From Fistulifera solaris (Eukaryota), in assembly GCA_030295235.1 (NCBI GenBank), contig AP026128.1, positions 1,302,001 to 1,366,000 on the forward strand: DNA of 64,000 bases, written 5' to 3'. A model generated the notes under the pieces. That model made no database searches. It saw only the letters and a program-made list of their open reading frames with translations, and was not told the DNA's origin. Position 1 is the first letter of the stretch; each line of letters begins with the position of its first letter. Shown here piece by piece: positions 12,130 to 24,708 of the stretch. The translations under genes and the position numbers were made by a program.

Positions 12130-12284
12130 GGGTTGCTCACAGGGAGGACAAGCAGCAAAATTAGCAAAAACATAGAACGTAAGGCTAGCTGTCATTATTT
12201 GATTCTTTGTTGGTGGTTATAATAAGCTTTGTAAACACATAAAGTTGGCACAAGCGGCCGAGCCTAAATCTATTACAGTACGCT

Positions 12285-12500
12285 CAGATTTTCTGGAGAA
12301 GTAAAAATACCACACCCCCAGATTTTCTGTAAACTTCAAAATACCAATCGCCCAGATTTTCTGGACACGTCAAAATACCAATCGCCCAGATTTTCTGGAG
12401 ACGTCGAAATACCAATCGCCCAGATTTTCTGGACAAGTCAAAATACCACACTACTAGATTTTCTGGACACGTGAAAACATAACTCGCCCAGATTTTTACA
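12285..12500 (+). repeat. 34-bp tandem array (6 units plus a partial unit)
   Basis: Unit CAGATTTTCTGGACACGTCAAAATACCAATCGCC starting at 12285, 12319, 12353, 12387, 12421, 12455 and 12489. Confidence 0.95.
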
Positions 12501-12606
12501 AATACCGCAAACTGCAATAATCAAAATCCACCCAAAAACATTGCATTCGATCTTTGAATGTCTTTTACCTGTAACTAATTGGTAATCGTTGTTATACTTC
12601 TACAGG

Positions 12607-13069
12607 ATGAGTGAAGTACGCGCTGGTACGTTTACCGGTTATCTTTGTGTCGAGTTATTTGTTTGCACGGCCTATGAAAGATAGTTTTCTTAATTGACAA
12701 CAATGCCATTCTTACACAATTGAATCACGTTTCTCTCTGTACAGCACATTTGCTGATCAAACACACGGGAAGTCGTAATCCTGTTTCGAGACGAACGGGT
12801 CAGACGGTCACACTCACTCCTGCAGAAGCACAAAAGAACTGGAATCGTATCAACAAGCTCTTCTGCAGAACGGATTATCGCAATTCCCCGAGTACGCCAA
12901 ACAGCGTTCCGATTGCAGTTCGTATCAGAATGGGGGTGATTTGGGGTTATTCGGACGTGGGGCTATGCAAAAACCCTTTGAGGAAGCAGCATTTGCTTTA
13001 GAGCCCGGACAAATGAGTGGCATTGTGTCGACGGATAGTGGATATCATTTAGTGTATCGTATTGAATAA
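12607..13069 (+). CDS. PIN1: Parvulin/Pin1-type peptidyl-prolyl isomerase without WW domain (intron 12626-12744; frameshift ~12832-12835)
   Basis: Spliced product MSEVRA|AHLLIKHTGSRNPVSRR...RSDCSSYQNGGDLGLFGRGAMQKPFEEAAFALEPGQMSGIVSTDSGYHLVYRIE. GT-AG intron. Confidence 0.9.
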
Positions 13070-13266
13070 TGGACTAAGCATGGATGCTCATGAATGCGTA
13101 AATCAGTTAATGAAATACTCTAAAGAGCGACTTTGCAAAATTGTTTTTAAGTTCTATTTCTACGTCTCTTTCTCTTTGATTCACAATGCATCTGTTTCTG
13201 GCGGCACAATTCCCTCTTCCTTCCAATTACCTCAATATTTAAAGAGCCGGGCAACTTACTTTGAGT

Positions 13267-16052
13267 TCATCTTCCGTCGCCACTTCGGTTGCGCGGTGTT
13301 CCTCGACCGCCTCGACCATTCATCATGTTCGCGTGAGTCCATCCTCCTCGTCCACCACCACGGCCGCGTTGCGTTCCTCGACCGCGACCTGTGGAGGCAG
13401 CACGATAATTGTTTGGAGCTCGTGCCAGCACTTGATTCGGTTGTGGTAACGATATTTCCATTTCGCGACGAAACGAGGTATCACACAGAATGCAGGTTGT
13501 CACGAAAGATCCCAAATGCGGTGGCACACTCCCACGTTTCCACGTAAACTTCATTTTCAACACCAAATGACCTGGACTCGAACAGGTCGCACAAAGGCCA
13601 TCTGCATTCTCATTTGAAGTAACATCCAGCACTGTCACTTGTTCACACTCTTTGGGCAACCAAATGGAATAGGGACACCGATCACCGCGCTGAAAATGAG
13701 TACAGGACACTACGTAACCACGCGACGTTTTGCGCAAGGTTACACTTTGGGTCGGATTGCCTTGACTGGCACAAAGGGGCAATGGAACACGGTCACGTCG
13801 GGTGTCCCAAGCGACAATGAACATTCCGTGTTTGTGCAATTCAAGCAGCGGAAATCGGGAGCATGACCCGGTGGAGGATTTGAAAAACAATGAGGACAAA
13901 CAGAGTACCCACTCCCCGTATAACCATCCCCGGTAGTAATTTGGACCACCTGATACTGACACAAGGGACAAATAAATGGTTGATTTTGTGCATCTCGTTT
14001 CGGTTGTGGAATTCCGCGCGGCAATGCCCAAGTCTGTGAGCAAGTTGTGCAATGCAGCATCTTTCGTGTCACTCGCCCTTGTATGCTGTGTTTTAATGCC
14101 ATAGGATGACGACACGCCCCACATAAAGTGAACTGCTGTTGCACAACAGTACTCGTTTCCCCGAGCGATTGATAATGCCGCGCCACGGCACGATCAAGTA
14201 AATGAGCTTCTTGAACCGCGGTTCGATAGCACTGTTGCATTTTCTCCAACAACCGAAGAACCACTTCTTCCGCAGTCTTCTGACCCGCCGCAATTAGATT
14301 GCATTCCGCTTCCGTTTCGCGTCGTAGATCCGGTTTATTCAATTGATATCCCATACTGTTGTACCCTTCCACCAAGGCAATGCCCAATTGAGTCGGCGAG
14401 AATTTCAAGTTGCCGTCTTTTATTGCGTATTCTCTATCTTGAATGGTGGCAATGTGTTGAGCAATCGTAGCATCCGTTCCAATACCGTGGCGATCCATCA
14501 AAGAGATCAGCTCTACTTCAGATAGAGGTGAGGGCGGCGTAGTACGGCCTTCTTTCATTGTCAAGGATGTGGGCCGTATCCGACTTCCGACTGGTAAGGA
14601 TGGTAGTTCTCCTTGTCCTGTAGACCAACGTTCCCATGGACGATAGGCATCAAGCCAGTTACGTTCTAAAACCATAAGACCCGTAGCTTGAAATTCCTCT
14701 TCTCCCATGCGAACAACTAATTGTGTTTCCCGCCCTACCGCATCTCGAGAACAGCAGGCCAAATAATGCTTCACGACCAGTTCATATACTCGTCGCTGCT
14801 GAGGGTTGCCAATGGAAGCGGGATCTACAGCCTTGCAGGGTGTAATGGGCGGATGTGCTTGATCGTCGTTCGGACCAGCACGCGGATTTTGGAAATGTCC
14901 TGGTTGTAGCAATCGCTGCGCCGACTCTCCCATTTCTCCTGGAATGGTTGCCAGTTGTTCCAAGAGCGGTCGATGTTGGAATTCGGGACGAAAGCGTTCT
15001 GTTTCTGTTCTCGGGTAGGAAATGTATCCTTGTTGATACAGTTCTTCCGCCGCCGTCATCAACTGCTCACTGCTAATCTGCAGGAAACGACTCGCTCGTT
15101 TTTGCAACTCTACCGTCGCCAGCGGAACCGGACGCCATTTGTGCTTTGGCCGACCATTTGCAGATACAACAATAGCTTCTTGTGCATCGAGACAGGCTTC
15201 GTATAATATGAGTGTGGTGAGTTGATCGTACAGTCGAGTACGCTTCCACTGAAAAATGATGGGTCGAGCATTCGCCTCGTCTGCCGTCAGGGTCAATTCT
15301 AAAAACCAAAAATCTTCCGGTACAAAGGTTTGTATTCTGGCCCATCGCTCTACTACGAAACCCAAAGTAGGAAATTGACAGGGCCCGTACGAAACAACCC
15401 CTTCTGTCGGCAAGACAAATTGTCGTTGCAATCGTTTGGTTTGAAAGCGCGTAAAGGCCGCTCCAACTCGTAAATCTAATTCCATTCTCGCCTGTACTGC
15501 CTTGACATGATATTCATTAAGTCTTCCCAGTGATCGCAACGCGGATTGTATTTCTTGCGGCAGAACTGTACTGAAGCGAGCTCGATAAATTGGCATTTGT
15601 GGATGTACTTGCAACAGTACGGTGCGCACTTCATCCCCAATGGCTTCCCCTTCTCGATCGCAATCGAGCCATAATATACACGCTTGTACTTCCCGCGCCA
15701 GTTGTTGTAAATTGCGGAAGATCGGTTGCATATCTTCTTTGTATTGTGTTTCTAAAGGAACTTGCGGTGTTAAAAGAACACTCGGATCGCATTTACTCCA
15801 TCCGTACGCTTCCGGGAAATCGATACTTGCTAAATGCCCGCGTACACTCGTTGTAATCATAGTATGTGATGCAATAGGACCGTCTAATCGCACACCGTTG
15901 CCTTGTTGGAATATTTGAGGAAAATCGACACGTTCGTGACGAAAGACTTGAATGTTGTGATTTCTTTGCATATCACTTTGACGTCCAAAGACTTGCGCTA
16001 AAGAGCGAGCGACGCTGGGTTTCTCGGCTACATTTAATACTTTGATAGTCAT
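13267..16052 (-). CDS. TOP3A: DNA topoisomerase III alpha (frameshift ~13773-13779 joins the C-terminal Zn-finger/RGG part)
   Basis: VLNVAEKPSVA, WLDCDREGE, SYGPCQFPTLGFVVER, GYISYPRTE, GIGTDAT, and C4 zinc ribbons. Confidence 0.93.
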
Positions 16053-16483
16053 TCTCGTAAATGAGAAGCAAAGCTGTAAAAGAATCGCAAGAATAAGGGG
16101 ACTTTCGAGTGCCCTTTACCTTTACAAGTACCAGGTACCAGGTACTTTCTCTTTTGATCTCGTCATCGTGCATCGTGCATCGTGCGGATCGAAAACTTGG
16201 ATCGAATGAGGCGCACCGAAAACAAATGACGGACCGGTACACGAAAGAGCTATGGTTTTTGAAGGACGTTTTTCAGATAATAGTGTGGTTTCTCATTTCC
16301 GTTGTGCTGCGCCGGACACTCGAAAAACTTTTTTGCCGCCGCGCGCCGTCGCACCTTTCGTGCTGTGTGCGGCGGTTGAGAGAGCAACATTGCAACGCAA
16401 AGTGCTCGTAAAACTATCCATCATTCATCATTCTATCGGTTTCAACTGAGTTTTCACAATCATTTATTACAACAATTAACAGC

Positions 16484-18130
16484 ATGGGAACTCCCTTGAC
16501 TGGGATACTAACCAATACAGTGAGTCACGACGAAGACGATGCAGTCGAAAGGATCGCGAATCATCATCAGCAGCAAGAGCAATTGAATGCGCAAACGCCC
16601 GATGATATTGCGTCGACACCGCAACATAAACAACGAACAGCAGAAGATGATGATGCCAGTCTTCCTTCAGTTCCTTCTCTGCCTTCACCATATTCTCCGC
16701 CGTCGCATTCATTAATGAGTGCAACAGAAGAATGGATGATGCGACGTCGTTCTCGTACGAATGCAACAGATAGTTTGAATTATCACAGAAAGACTCAGAC
16801 AAAGAATCACAATCAGACTGCAAACAACAATGACAACAAACCACCCGATCTTATTCATACAACATCTTCATCATGGCACGAAGACGACGATGATGAAGAT
16901 GAAGAAGATCCGATTCTCATGCAACAAAAACAAACTTTACAAAAACAAAAAGCAGAATGTCAAAAACTATCCAAAGAAAATCATGAATTGAAACACCAAC
17001 TGCAGAAGCAGACGCATACTCTGCTACAGCGATCGCGGGATCATGAACAAAGACAAAAGGCACTGCAACAAAAATGGCAATCCGCACTCTTGCAATTGGA
17101 TAAAGCCAAAGCTATGAATCATGAATTGAAAACGAATTTTCAAAAGCAACTGCAACAGGTACAAGTACAAGCCGATGATTGGCAACAACAGTATCAACAA
17201 TTGCAAGAACAGCATCAACAGCAGCAGTCGCGAAGAGGAAAACATGTCAAAGAGCCCGTGGATGCGGCCTGTCAAACCGATATCATTCCAGCAACCACGC
17301 GATCCCCACAGAACGCGGTGGCGTGTCAAACGGAATCACCGAAATACGCTTGTAGCAGCATTGCGTGTCAGACAGATGAGATACCTGCAGTACCAGCAAT
17401 CGACGCAGGAACACAGACGGATCCCACGCAATTTGCTTCGACATTGGAAGAACGGTTGGGTCGAATTCGAGATGCGGCCGAACGAGCTGCGTTAGTTCAA
17501 GAACACCAGACGGCATTACAGCAACTGCAAACAACTCACGATGAAGAAATGGAGCGCGTGGAGAAACGGCACGAGGCCGCCTTGGCCCAAGTAGTGCAAC
17601 AGGCGCGACAGCATGTTCAAGAACAAGTGACGGAGTATCAACAAAAGCTGGAACAACAACACGCTACAAAGTTGGCGGCTTTGGAAGCCAAGCATCAAGC
17701 CGAACTATTTCGTGTACGTCTTTCTTTTGTCCCTTTTCGATATGACGTTGGCTAACCTCACACTGTGACTTTGCAGATTCGACAGGAATACGAAAAAAGT
17801 GCCAACGTCGCAGAGGAAGTCATGCGAGCAGCCGTATCCGAGGCCAATACCACAGCTCAACAATTGCAACGCGAAATGGAAGCACGCGCCGCTCTAGAGA
17901 AGCAACTAGAACAAATTCAAAGGCAACAACATGATCACTCGCACGAGCGACAATTGCTGCTTTCCATTCAAGAAGAATGCAATGCCATTTTCAATCGACA
18001 GCGTGGTGTTATTTCGTCGAAGCCAGCTGCTGTTTCGCCTCTGAAAAAGTCAGAGTCCACGACATGGGCAGAAGCGGATCGTACCTTGGGTGATTTGGAA
18101 GCATTGGTGGCGTCCTTGACTAAGAAATAG
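16484..18130 (+). CDS. Q-rich coiled-coil protein (intron 17714-17776)
   Basis: GTACGT..CTAAC..TTGCAG intron joins the two ORFs in frame. Repeated xACQT/GTQT motifs. Confidence 0.75.
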
Positions 18131-18249
18131 ACTATAGGCACACATCATTTTGTCGAAGTATGAATGGACTTAAACGTGCAACGCAATGGGAGTTTAGAGC
18201 GATGTGGAAACTGGAAATAAAGTAACTAATACATCTGGCTTATCCCCGC

Positions 18250-19374
18250 TTAGTTAGACTCGCTGGAAATCAAAACATCCAATACTTTTTCGCGACCGTT
18301 TTCTTCCTGCCACAAATCGAAGATTCGGATCGAATCCACAATCTGTTTCTGGTCGACCTTGGAAATAGTTCCAAAAGTAGCACTGAAGGGCATCGTCATG
18401 TAAGCGTAAGTACCAGCCGTAAGAACTTGTTGCGCTAGAATGAAGCGTGCGTACTGCAGTGCAATGGACTCACTAGGAGGACCGCGTACGTTGACACGAG
18501 CTTGTGGGAATCTCTTTTGTAAGTATAGTTGCAAAGCGTAGACTAAAATTGCGCAGCGACTTTTCTCATCTTGAAAGTCCTGGATGACGATACCGATCGA
18601 AGATGCCGCGTCTGAAATTAGGTCAGCCAAGGGAGCGAAGCGAGCATATCCATAGTTGAGATGAGGAGTCTTTTCCAGAATATCTCCACAGCGGAAATGA
18701 ACAGCGACATCGTCCACTTCTACTTCCGGAACCAGGGGAGACGAAGACACCACACCAGTCTGCAGCTGGCGATCAATATTGGTTGCGGACGAATGGGCAG
18801 ATACCCCTACCAGAGAAAGCGCCATGCGCCGAAGATCGTTGCGCAAATCTTCCAAGGTAGAACCTTCCAAAAACCAAACAGGCTTACAAGCGACCTCACG
18901 ATTTATATCCCATGCCGTTTGTGCTTCAAACGTCCCCATCGCCCAAGGGAGAATCAAATTGTGCTTCGTGTCCGCAGCATCAATACATTCCATTTGAAGT
19001 TCTACATATCCGATGAGGCTCGCGGCTCTGCGTAGATTGTACACGAACAGCAGCCATTTGCCTGTACTGAAGTTGGAATGATCGTGTAGATCTTGACAAT
19101 GGAATGAGTAGCGTACTCGTAGCGGCACGTGGGACACATCATTCCTTTCACGCAAGTCGCGACAAAGGATGAGCTGACTGTTGTGAAAGAACTCTTGAAT
19201 ATGCTCTTCCGCGTGATCTGGGTTATAGGTTAAATGTAAAGCTTCTTTAGGACTCAACGACGCAGAAGCAAACGTCTTAATAATCTTGGTAGAAACAAGG
19301 AAGAAAACATGCTTCATTGCAAGTTCACCTTGCGTAGAAACTAACACGATCACCAGGGGAATCACCAGTATCAA
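18250..19374 (-). CDS. Hypothetical glycosyltransferase-like protein (start uncertain)
   Basis: 374-aa ORF with DDVAVHFRCGDIL, which resembles fucosyltransferase motif I. Confidence 0.55.
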   Translation of the reverse strand: MILVIPLVIVLVSTQGELAMKHVFFLVSTKIIKTFASASLSPKEALHLTYNPDHAEEHIQEFFHNSQLILCRDLRERNDVSHVPLRVRYSFHCQDLHDHSNFSTGKWLLFVYNLRRAASLIGYVELQMECIDAADTKHNLILPWAMGTFEAQTAWDINREVACKPVWFLEGSTLEDLRNDLRRMALSLVGVSAHSSATNIDRQLQTGVVSSSPLVPEVEVDDVAVHFRCGDILEKTPHLNYGYARFAPLADLISDAASSIGIVIQDFQDEKSRCAILVYALQLYLQKRFPQARVNVRGPPSESIALQYARFILAQQVLTAGTYAYMTMPFSATFGTISKVDQKQIVDSIRIFDLWQEENGREKVLDVLISSESN

Positions 19375-20719
19375 GATTACCTGGAAGCAAAGAGCTTCTT
19401 GCGTAGTAAGTTATCATCATCCTGCGTTGCTTATGGTAAAACTAGAAAACAATATTATGGCTGGTACGGTAGAAAGCAACGTAAATGATCAATGGCTTGA
19501 TTGACGATACGGAAGATATTGAGTACCAGTAATCGCAGTAATCAGGATTATTCCACGGGCGCACGGGCGACAGAAGACAGAAGACTGAACAGTGGCATCA
19601 GCACTTGTCGGAGTTCGATACAAAGTACAATTCAAAGACGACAAGAGGGACGAGGGACGAGAGACACACGAGACACGAGAGACACGACGACTACTGACTA
19701 CTGACTACTGACTACGTAGTAGGTAGTATTTGGTAACGGTCAACGGTCAAAGGTCACCTGTTACCGGTCTGGTCATACCGTTAAATAAAAAATTAATTAT
19801 GGTTGATGGACGAGAAAAACCGTCGCCCGTCGCCTCTGAGCTGTGAGCTGTGAGAATACTACGTACCTAGTCCCAGTAAGTAGCATGTAATATGTAAGAT
19901 GTAAGCCTTTGCTGTTTACTGCTAATTTTATGCGTTACGCCTCAGTAATCAGTGATTAGTGACCTTTTAATTAATAACGTAATTATTGGACACAGTCACA
20001 GGTTCAATAAAGAATTCCCTATTGTCAATACCGGAGAATACTTGTCCTTGCTGCACGCCGCCGCGGGCTGTTAATTGATACAAAAGAAAGATGAGAGGAT
20101 AGAGGATAGAGGATGTACTTGTAATGCAATGTGTGCTTCGCAGAACAGTATTTCACAAGAGGTACGTACGACTGTGATGGGCAAGATTCGCCGTCATGGG
20201 TCGCCATAAACGTAAAACCTGTAAGAACGCAGCACGCAGCACGCAGCATCGGCTGGGTGAGACAGTCTAATTATTAACGAACACAACGAATATAATTGAA
20301 CGTACCTTCCACCATGGTGCAGGCGCAACAATTTCCACCATTCGTGGTGGAAATGACGATGATGGTCGTTTGGGAAAACGATCGGAGTTCTTTTCGCCAG
20401 TCTTCTTCATGTTCCTAGCTTTGTTGTATTAGTTTGACGCACTTACCAGGTACCGCCGGAAATTGTTTTTGCCGCTTTTTAGGGCTCATAGCCTGTATTT
20501 TTACACCAACTACGAGGGAAAGCTTCGACTCTGTTTCTAAAGACAGATTAAGCAACGCGTGTAGTGTAGTGGGTAGTCGAAAGATGTTCGACTGTCAAGT
20601 GTCAAGACGATGAAGAAATTTTCTTTGTTTTGAAAATGGGGCAAACAGACCCGAAAATGGAGAGAGAACCCCCTCCTCCCGAGTACTGTACCAGTACCGG
20701 TACCGTACCGGTACTTAAC

Positions 20720-20798
20720 TTGTGCCCCCTCAGCCGATAAATTTCCTTACCAAGCCTACGTGAAACTCACGTAGACTTTCAAAGTGTTGCATCTTTCA
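20720..20798 (-). repeat. Dispersed ~85-bp hairpin element, copy C
   Basis: Reverse complement aligns to 7385-7460. Hairpin CTACGTG-AAACT-CACGTAG. Confidence 0.8.
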
Positions 20799-21242
20799 TC
20801 CTGTTTTGCTTTTTGAGCGGATGATTCATGTCGTATTTTGCGTACGGTAACGACAGACTATAATGTTGGAGTGAGAAATGATGCTATTTGTGGCAAGCGG
20901 ACCCGAAAATGGAGAGGTCGAGATAACACAAAGTACGGGTTCCTTCAGCGTCAGCCCATAATTTTCCGAACCATACCAGGTAGCCCCACCGGTACCATAG
21001 AATTTCGGCTCCACCACGTGCGTACCACGTACGCGTATCACATCACATACCTCTTTTTCCTTGCATTTCCTCGACAAAAAGACAAAAGAGAATTGATCGA
21101 CTAGTAATTCTACATTCGACCTGGTAGTATTTACGTTTTGGTGTTGTACGTAATTTATTTCTTGATTTGGCTGCGTTTCGTCTCGATTGCCGAAGTTGCG
21201 ATTCGGCTGGTCTTTCTTTGAGTTCTCTCTTTGATCACCAGA

Positions 21243-21737
21243 ATGAATGGCAATTGGATGATCTTAGTGTCTCTCGCTCTGCGGGTGTTTTCGTACACGA
21301 CGCAATTGCGACGGCGACCCAAATTTATTCTACGCTCACAAGAATCCTCCGAGGAAGAAGGAACTAGCACGATGACCGACCGATTCAAATTTCAAGTAAA
21401 TGCTTTATTAGGCATGTATGACCCAATCGGAGATCCGGAACAAGACACGGAACATTCCACGGCACACAATTTAGCCGGAGCTCTTTTGCAATTTCCGGCT
21501 CCATTTATTTTTACTGTCGTGGGTCGGACTATGGGAGAGAATCGTAGCGAATATACCGAACTCGTACAAAGGATAGTGCGAGAGGAGACGGGCGACGACG
21601 CGATGGTGTGTGACGTTGTTCCTCGAGGGAGTCAATTCACCAAAGTGACGTGTACGGCGACTGTCGACAGTGCGGAGGTGATATCGTCGGTACACGAGGC
21701 ATTGGGAGCTCTCGAAGCTACCGTGATGAAATTTTGA
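21243..21737 (+). CDS. DUF493/YbeD-like ACT-fold protein, probably plastid-targeted
   Basis: N-terminal leader followed by LLQFPAPFIFTVVG...RGSQFTKVT...VDSAEVISSVHEAL. Confidence 0.65.
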   Translation: MNGNWMILVSLALRVFSYTTQLRRRPKFILRSQESSEEEGTSTMTDRFKFQVNALLGMYDPIGDPEQDTEHSTAHNLAGALLQFPAPFIFTVVGRTMGENRSEYTELVQRIVREETGDDAMVCDVVPRGSQFTKVTCTATVDSAEVISSVHEALGALEATVMKF

Positions 21738-22255
21738 GTGCCATTCAGAGAGAAGGATGATCGCTTTCGCATTCATCGCAACAAAAATGCAAGGTAGCTA
21801 GTGATTCAATGGGCGATCTTGGCTGCAAAGGATATTTTTTTAAAAAAGCACGTCAATTCAGCGCCTTTCTTGGCACCCAACAAATTCTGACGGCGACATT
21901 GAATTAATGAACGTACTTACTGTGAGTAGTGCAGTGATTTCTCTAGGTTATGACGTTGATGTGAATGCTATGCGCTTGACCTCAAGAGCTTGCTCAAACG
22001 AGGAAGACATTCTGAACAAGGAGAAAATATAATACTAGAGTGACTTTAGCCTTGGCACTGACTTGTATCTTGTTCCTTGTACGGAGTATTCATGAATTCA
22101 TGTTTTTGTTGCTGCTGTGCGCACGTTTCGCGCGGTAGATATAAACTCCACCCATCATCGTCAACATCAATTATTGATTCCTGTAATAAAAGGCCCCATA
22201 AATATAGAACGAAAGGACAAGGAAAGCGTTCTTATATTTCTTTTTGCCCTTGATT

Positions 22256-23509
22256 ATGAAAGAACCTTGTATCGAAATCACACGACAATTGAAAGGCCAT
22301 ACCGACGCGATCAACTGCTTGGATGTTCAATCTTCTTCGTCGACTGCTTTGTTGCTCTCAGGATCGGAGGACGGAACGGCCCGTATTTGGGACATTCGTT
22401 CTTCTCAATCATCTACAGCTACATCCCAAGCCTGTTGTACGGCACAAGGTCCTGTCACAGCCGTCGCTTGGGATACACACGATGACAAAGCATATTTCAT
22501 TGCCACTGAAACAGTGCTTTCTTGGTATGATTTGCGCATGCAACGGTCCATACAAATATTTGAAAGCATTGACGAAATTAATCAAATCATTGTAGCTTCT
22601 CCGTCTAGTAATCGACTTCCGCTTGAACAAAAACAGAAGAAACACCACAAAAAGAACAAAAAAGCTGCTGCTGTTGACTCGAAAATAATACCGACCATGG
22701 CGTGCGCGGATGACACGGGTCAAGTGAATATGTGGAGGCATCATCGCAACAGACGACCGGAAAACAGCATCACTGACGGATCGTGTACGAGTCTTTCGTT
22801 TCAACAGTGTCGAACGCTACAGCATAATGCCGATACGTTGGTTTTGTCCTGTGCGTTGGATGAACAGGACAAATATTTGGTCACCGGTACCTCGGATTGC
22901 TGTGTTCGCATATGGTCTTGGACGACGGGGCAACTCTTGTCCCAATCCAGTGTCACAGCAGTGCAACAAGAACAATCGCAATTGTGCAATCCACCGATGA
23001 TACATTCCTTGACATGGATGCCGTCTTTTCCTTGCTTTGTTGCCGGTTGTGGGGATGGGAGTTTGGCGATTGGCAATACCCAAGGTGTATGGCTGTCGCG
23101 TGTCGATATGGCGCACGGAGCCGCGATAGCTGCGTGTTGCCCATTTGCTGCCAAAGAATGGGGATGTTTGGCGTCAACGGGGAATGATGGACGCATCGTC
23201 TTATGGGATATGCAATCCTTATTGTGGTCTTTCAAGTCCAATGCTAGGAATGATGATCGAAAACCGTCTACGTCCTGTCGAGAATGGCTGTTTGGAAGTG
23301 ACCCAAACAGTTCTATCAAGCATGAACAAGAAATCTCGACGTTAAACGATGCGATGGAGTCGTGGAGTCTGCAACAAGAACCGCAAACACTCTTGGCGTG
23401 GGATCATGGAAAGAAACCCAATGATATGGTGCATGCTTCAGAGACGGCACTGCTGCTTGCGGATATATCGCCCGACATTACCATGTACACAATTCGACCG
23501 GGATCTTGA
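22256..23509 (+). CDS. WD40-repeat protein (WDR53-like)
   Basis: LKGHTDAINCL, LLSGSEDGTARIWD, LVTGTSDCCVRIWS, LASTGNDGRIVLWD, NPPMIHSL. Confidence 0.85.
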   Translation: MKEPCIEITRQLKGHTDAINCLDVQSSSSTALLLSGSEDGTARIWDIRSSQSSTATSQACCTAQGPVTAVAWDTHDDKAYFIATETVLSWYDLRMQRSIQIFESIDEINQIIVASPSSNRLPLEQKQKKHHKKNKKAAAVDSKIIPTMACADDTGQVNMWRHHRNRRPENSITDGSCTSLSFQQCRTLQHNADTLVLSCALDEQDKYLVTGTSDCCVRIWSWTTGQLLSQSSVTAVQQEQSQLCNPPMIHSLTWMPSFPCFVAGCGDGSLAIGNTQGVWLSRVDMAHGAAIAACCPFAAKEWGCLASTGNDGRIVLWDMQSLLWSFKSNARNDDRKPSTSCREWLFGSDPNSSIKHEQEISTLNDAMESWSLQQEPQTLLAWDHGKKPNDMVHASETALLLADISPDITMYTIRPGS

Positions 23510-23571
23510 ACTATGAATGAATAGACTTGTGAAGGGAAATAAAGGGCTATGCTAGAAAAAGTATTGTATTT

Positions 23572-24005
23572 TTAGATAGTCGTTCGTCCTATTCCGTCAC
23601 CTCCCGAAACAACTACATCGGCAGCTTCCTCCTTGACAACCTTCACTTTCTTCTTTTCGGCTTTTCCTGTTTGACAGGCGATGCCGGTAAACCCGCTCGC
23701 ATCCTTCGCTTTCGTTCTTGTACTTGTCGACACAATTCTTCCGCTCGTTCGTACGATAAGACACCGTAGTTGACACACCATTCTTGAGCCATGAACGAAT
23801 CGGGTCGTTGCTGTAAGAGTGTTTCATAAAAAACGCGATCACCGAATCCTGCGGAATAGAACAGAAGAGAAGAAAAACAAGCATCAGCGATGAAGCAATT
23901 TAGAGCTCATTGCCAAATATTTTTTTGTCGCTTTGACTTTAACATACCCGGAGTCGGTGTAGGAAATTTCTGTCCCGGTTTCAAATCCGTTCCGTTGTCT
24001 GTCAT
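23572..24005 (-). CDS. Small uncharacterised protein absent from the ORF track (intron 23849-23947; frameshift ~23654-23657)
   Basis: Exon 1 MTDNGTDLKPGQKFPTPTP and exon 2 GFGDRVFYETLLQQRPDSFMAQEWCVNYGVL..., joined by a canonical GTATG..CAG intron with a polypyrimidine tract. Confidence 0.75.
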
Positions 24006-24708
24006 TCTGAGTGAAGGTCAATTGAGTTAAAGGAGAATTAATTTATACCAGGTAATGGAGAACGGACGAAGTTTGCTCTCGTGTGGTTTTTTTTTGTCCT
24101 GTGTCGTCCGCCATGGTCGCTCTCACACGACACGCACGACGTCCGTCGTGTTTTCATGAAGCGGCTCGAGCGACGATGGCGATAGAATAATCTTATTGTA
24201 CTTTTACTATGAAACAAAATGTAGGTTGTGGGTTCCACGACTGGATTTCAGCCATGAGGCAGTCTTTGATTTTCGTGTTTAAGCCGATGTTCCGTCTCTC
24301 TCTTCGTGAAAAAGATGAATTGAATGATCTAACATTCACAGATGATAAATTATTTATCTGCAATCAGAAAAGTATTCGTAATAGACTCCGATCTTTATTA
24401 TTTACGTCAACACGTCTTCCCGACCTATCCTATATATTTCTACTATAGACCAAAGTGTTGATTTGCGGAGTATTTTCTCGACTGACATTCAGTCAAAAGA
24501 CTAAGGGCATATAAGGCTAAGGTTAACGTAGAGATAAGAAAAGAGGACGGTCGTACAGACGTGAGAGGGCGTTTTCTTCCATCCGTCTTTATTATTCATT
24601 CGTCGCCTACAAAAAGCATCACATGCAATCGAACGAACAAACCTTTGTTTAGTTTCATTATCTCTTTCTCTATTCTCCTTTTACGACAAACTTATACTCT
24701 ACACGAGA

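Noticed and set aside
12285..12500. CRISPR-like 34-bp repeats
   Set aside because: Head-to-tail units with no spacers.
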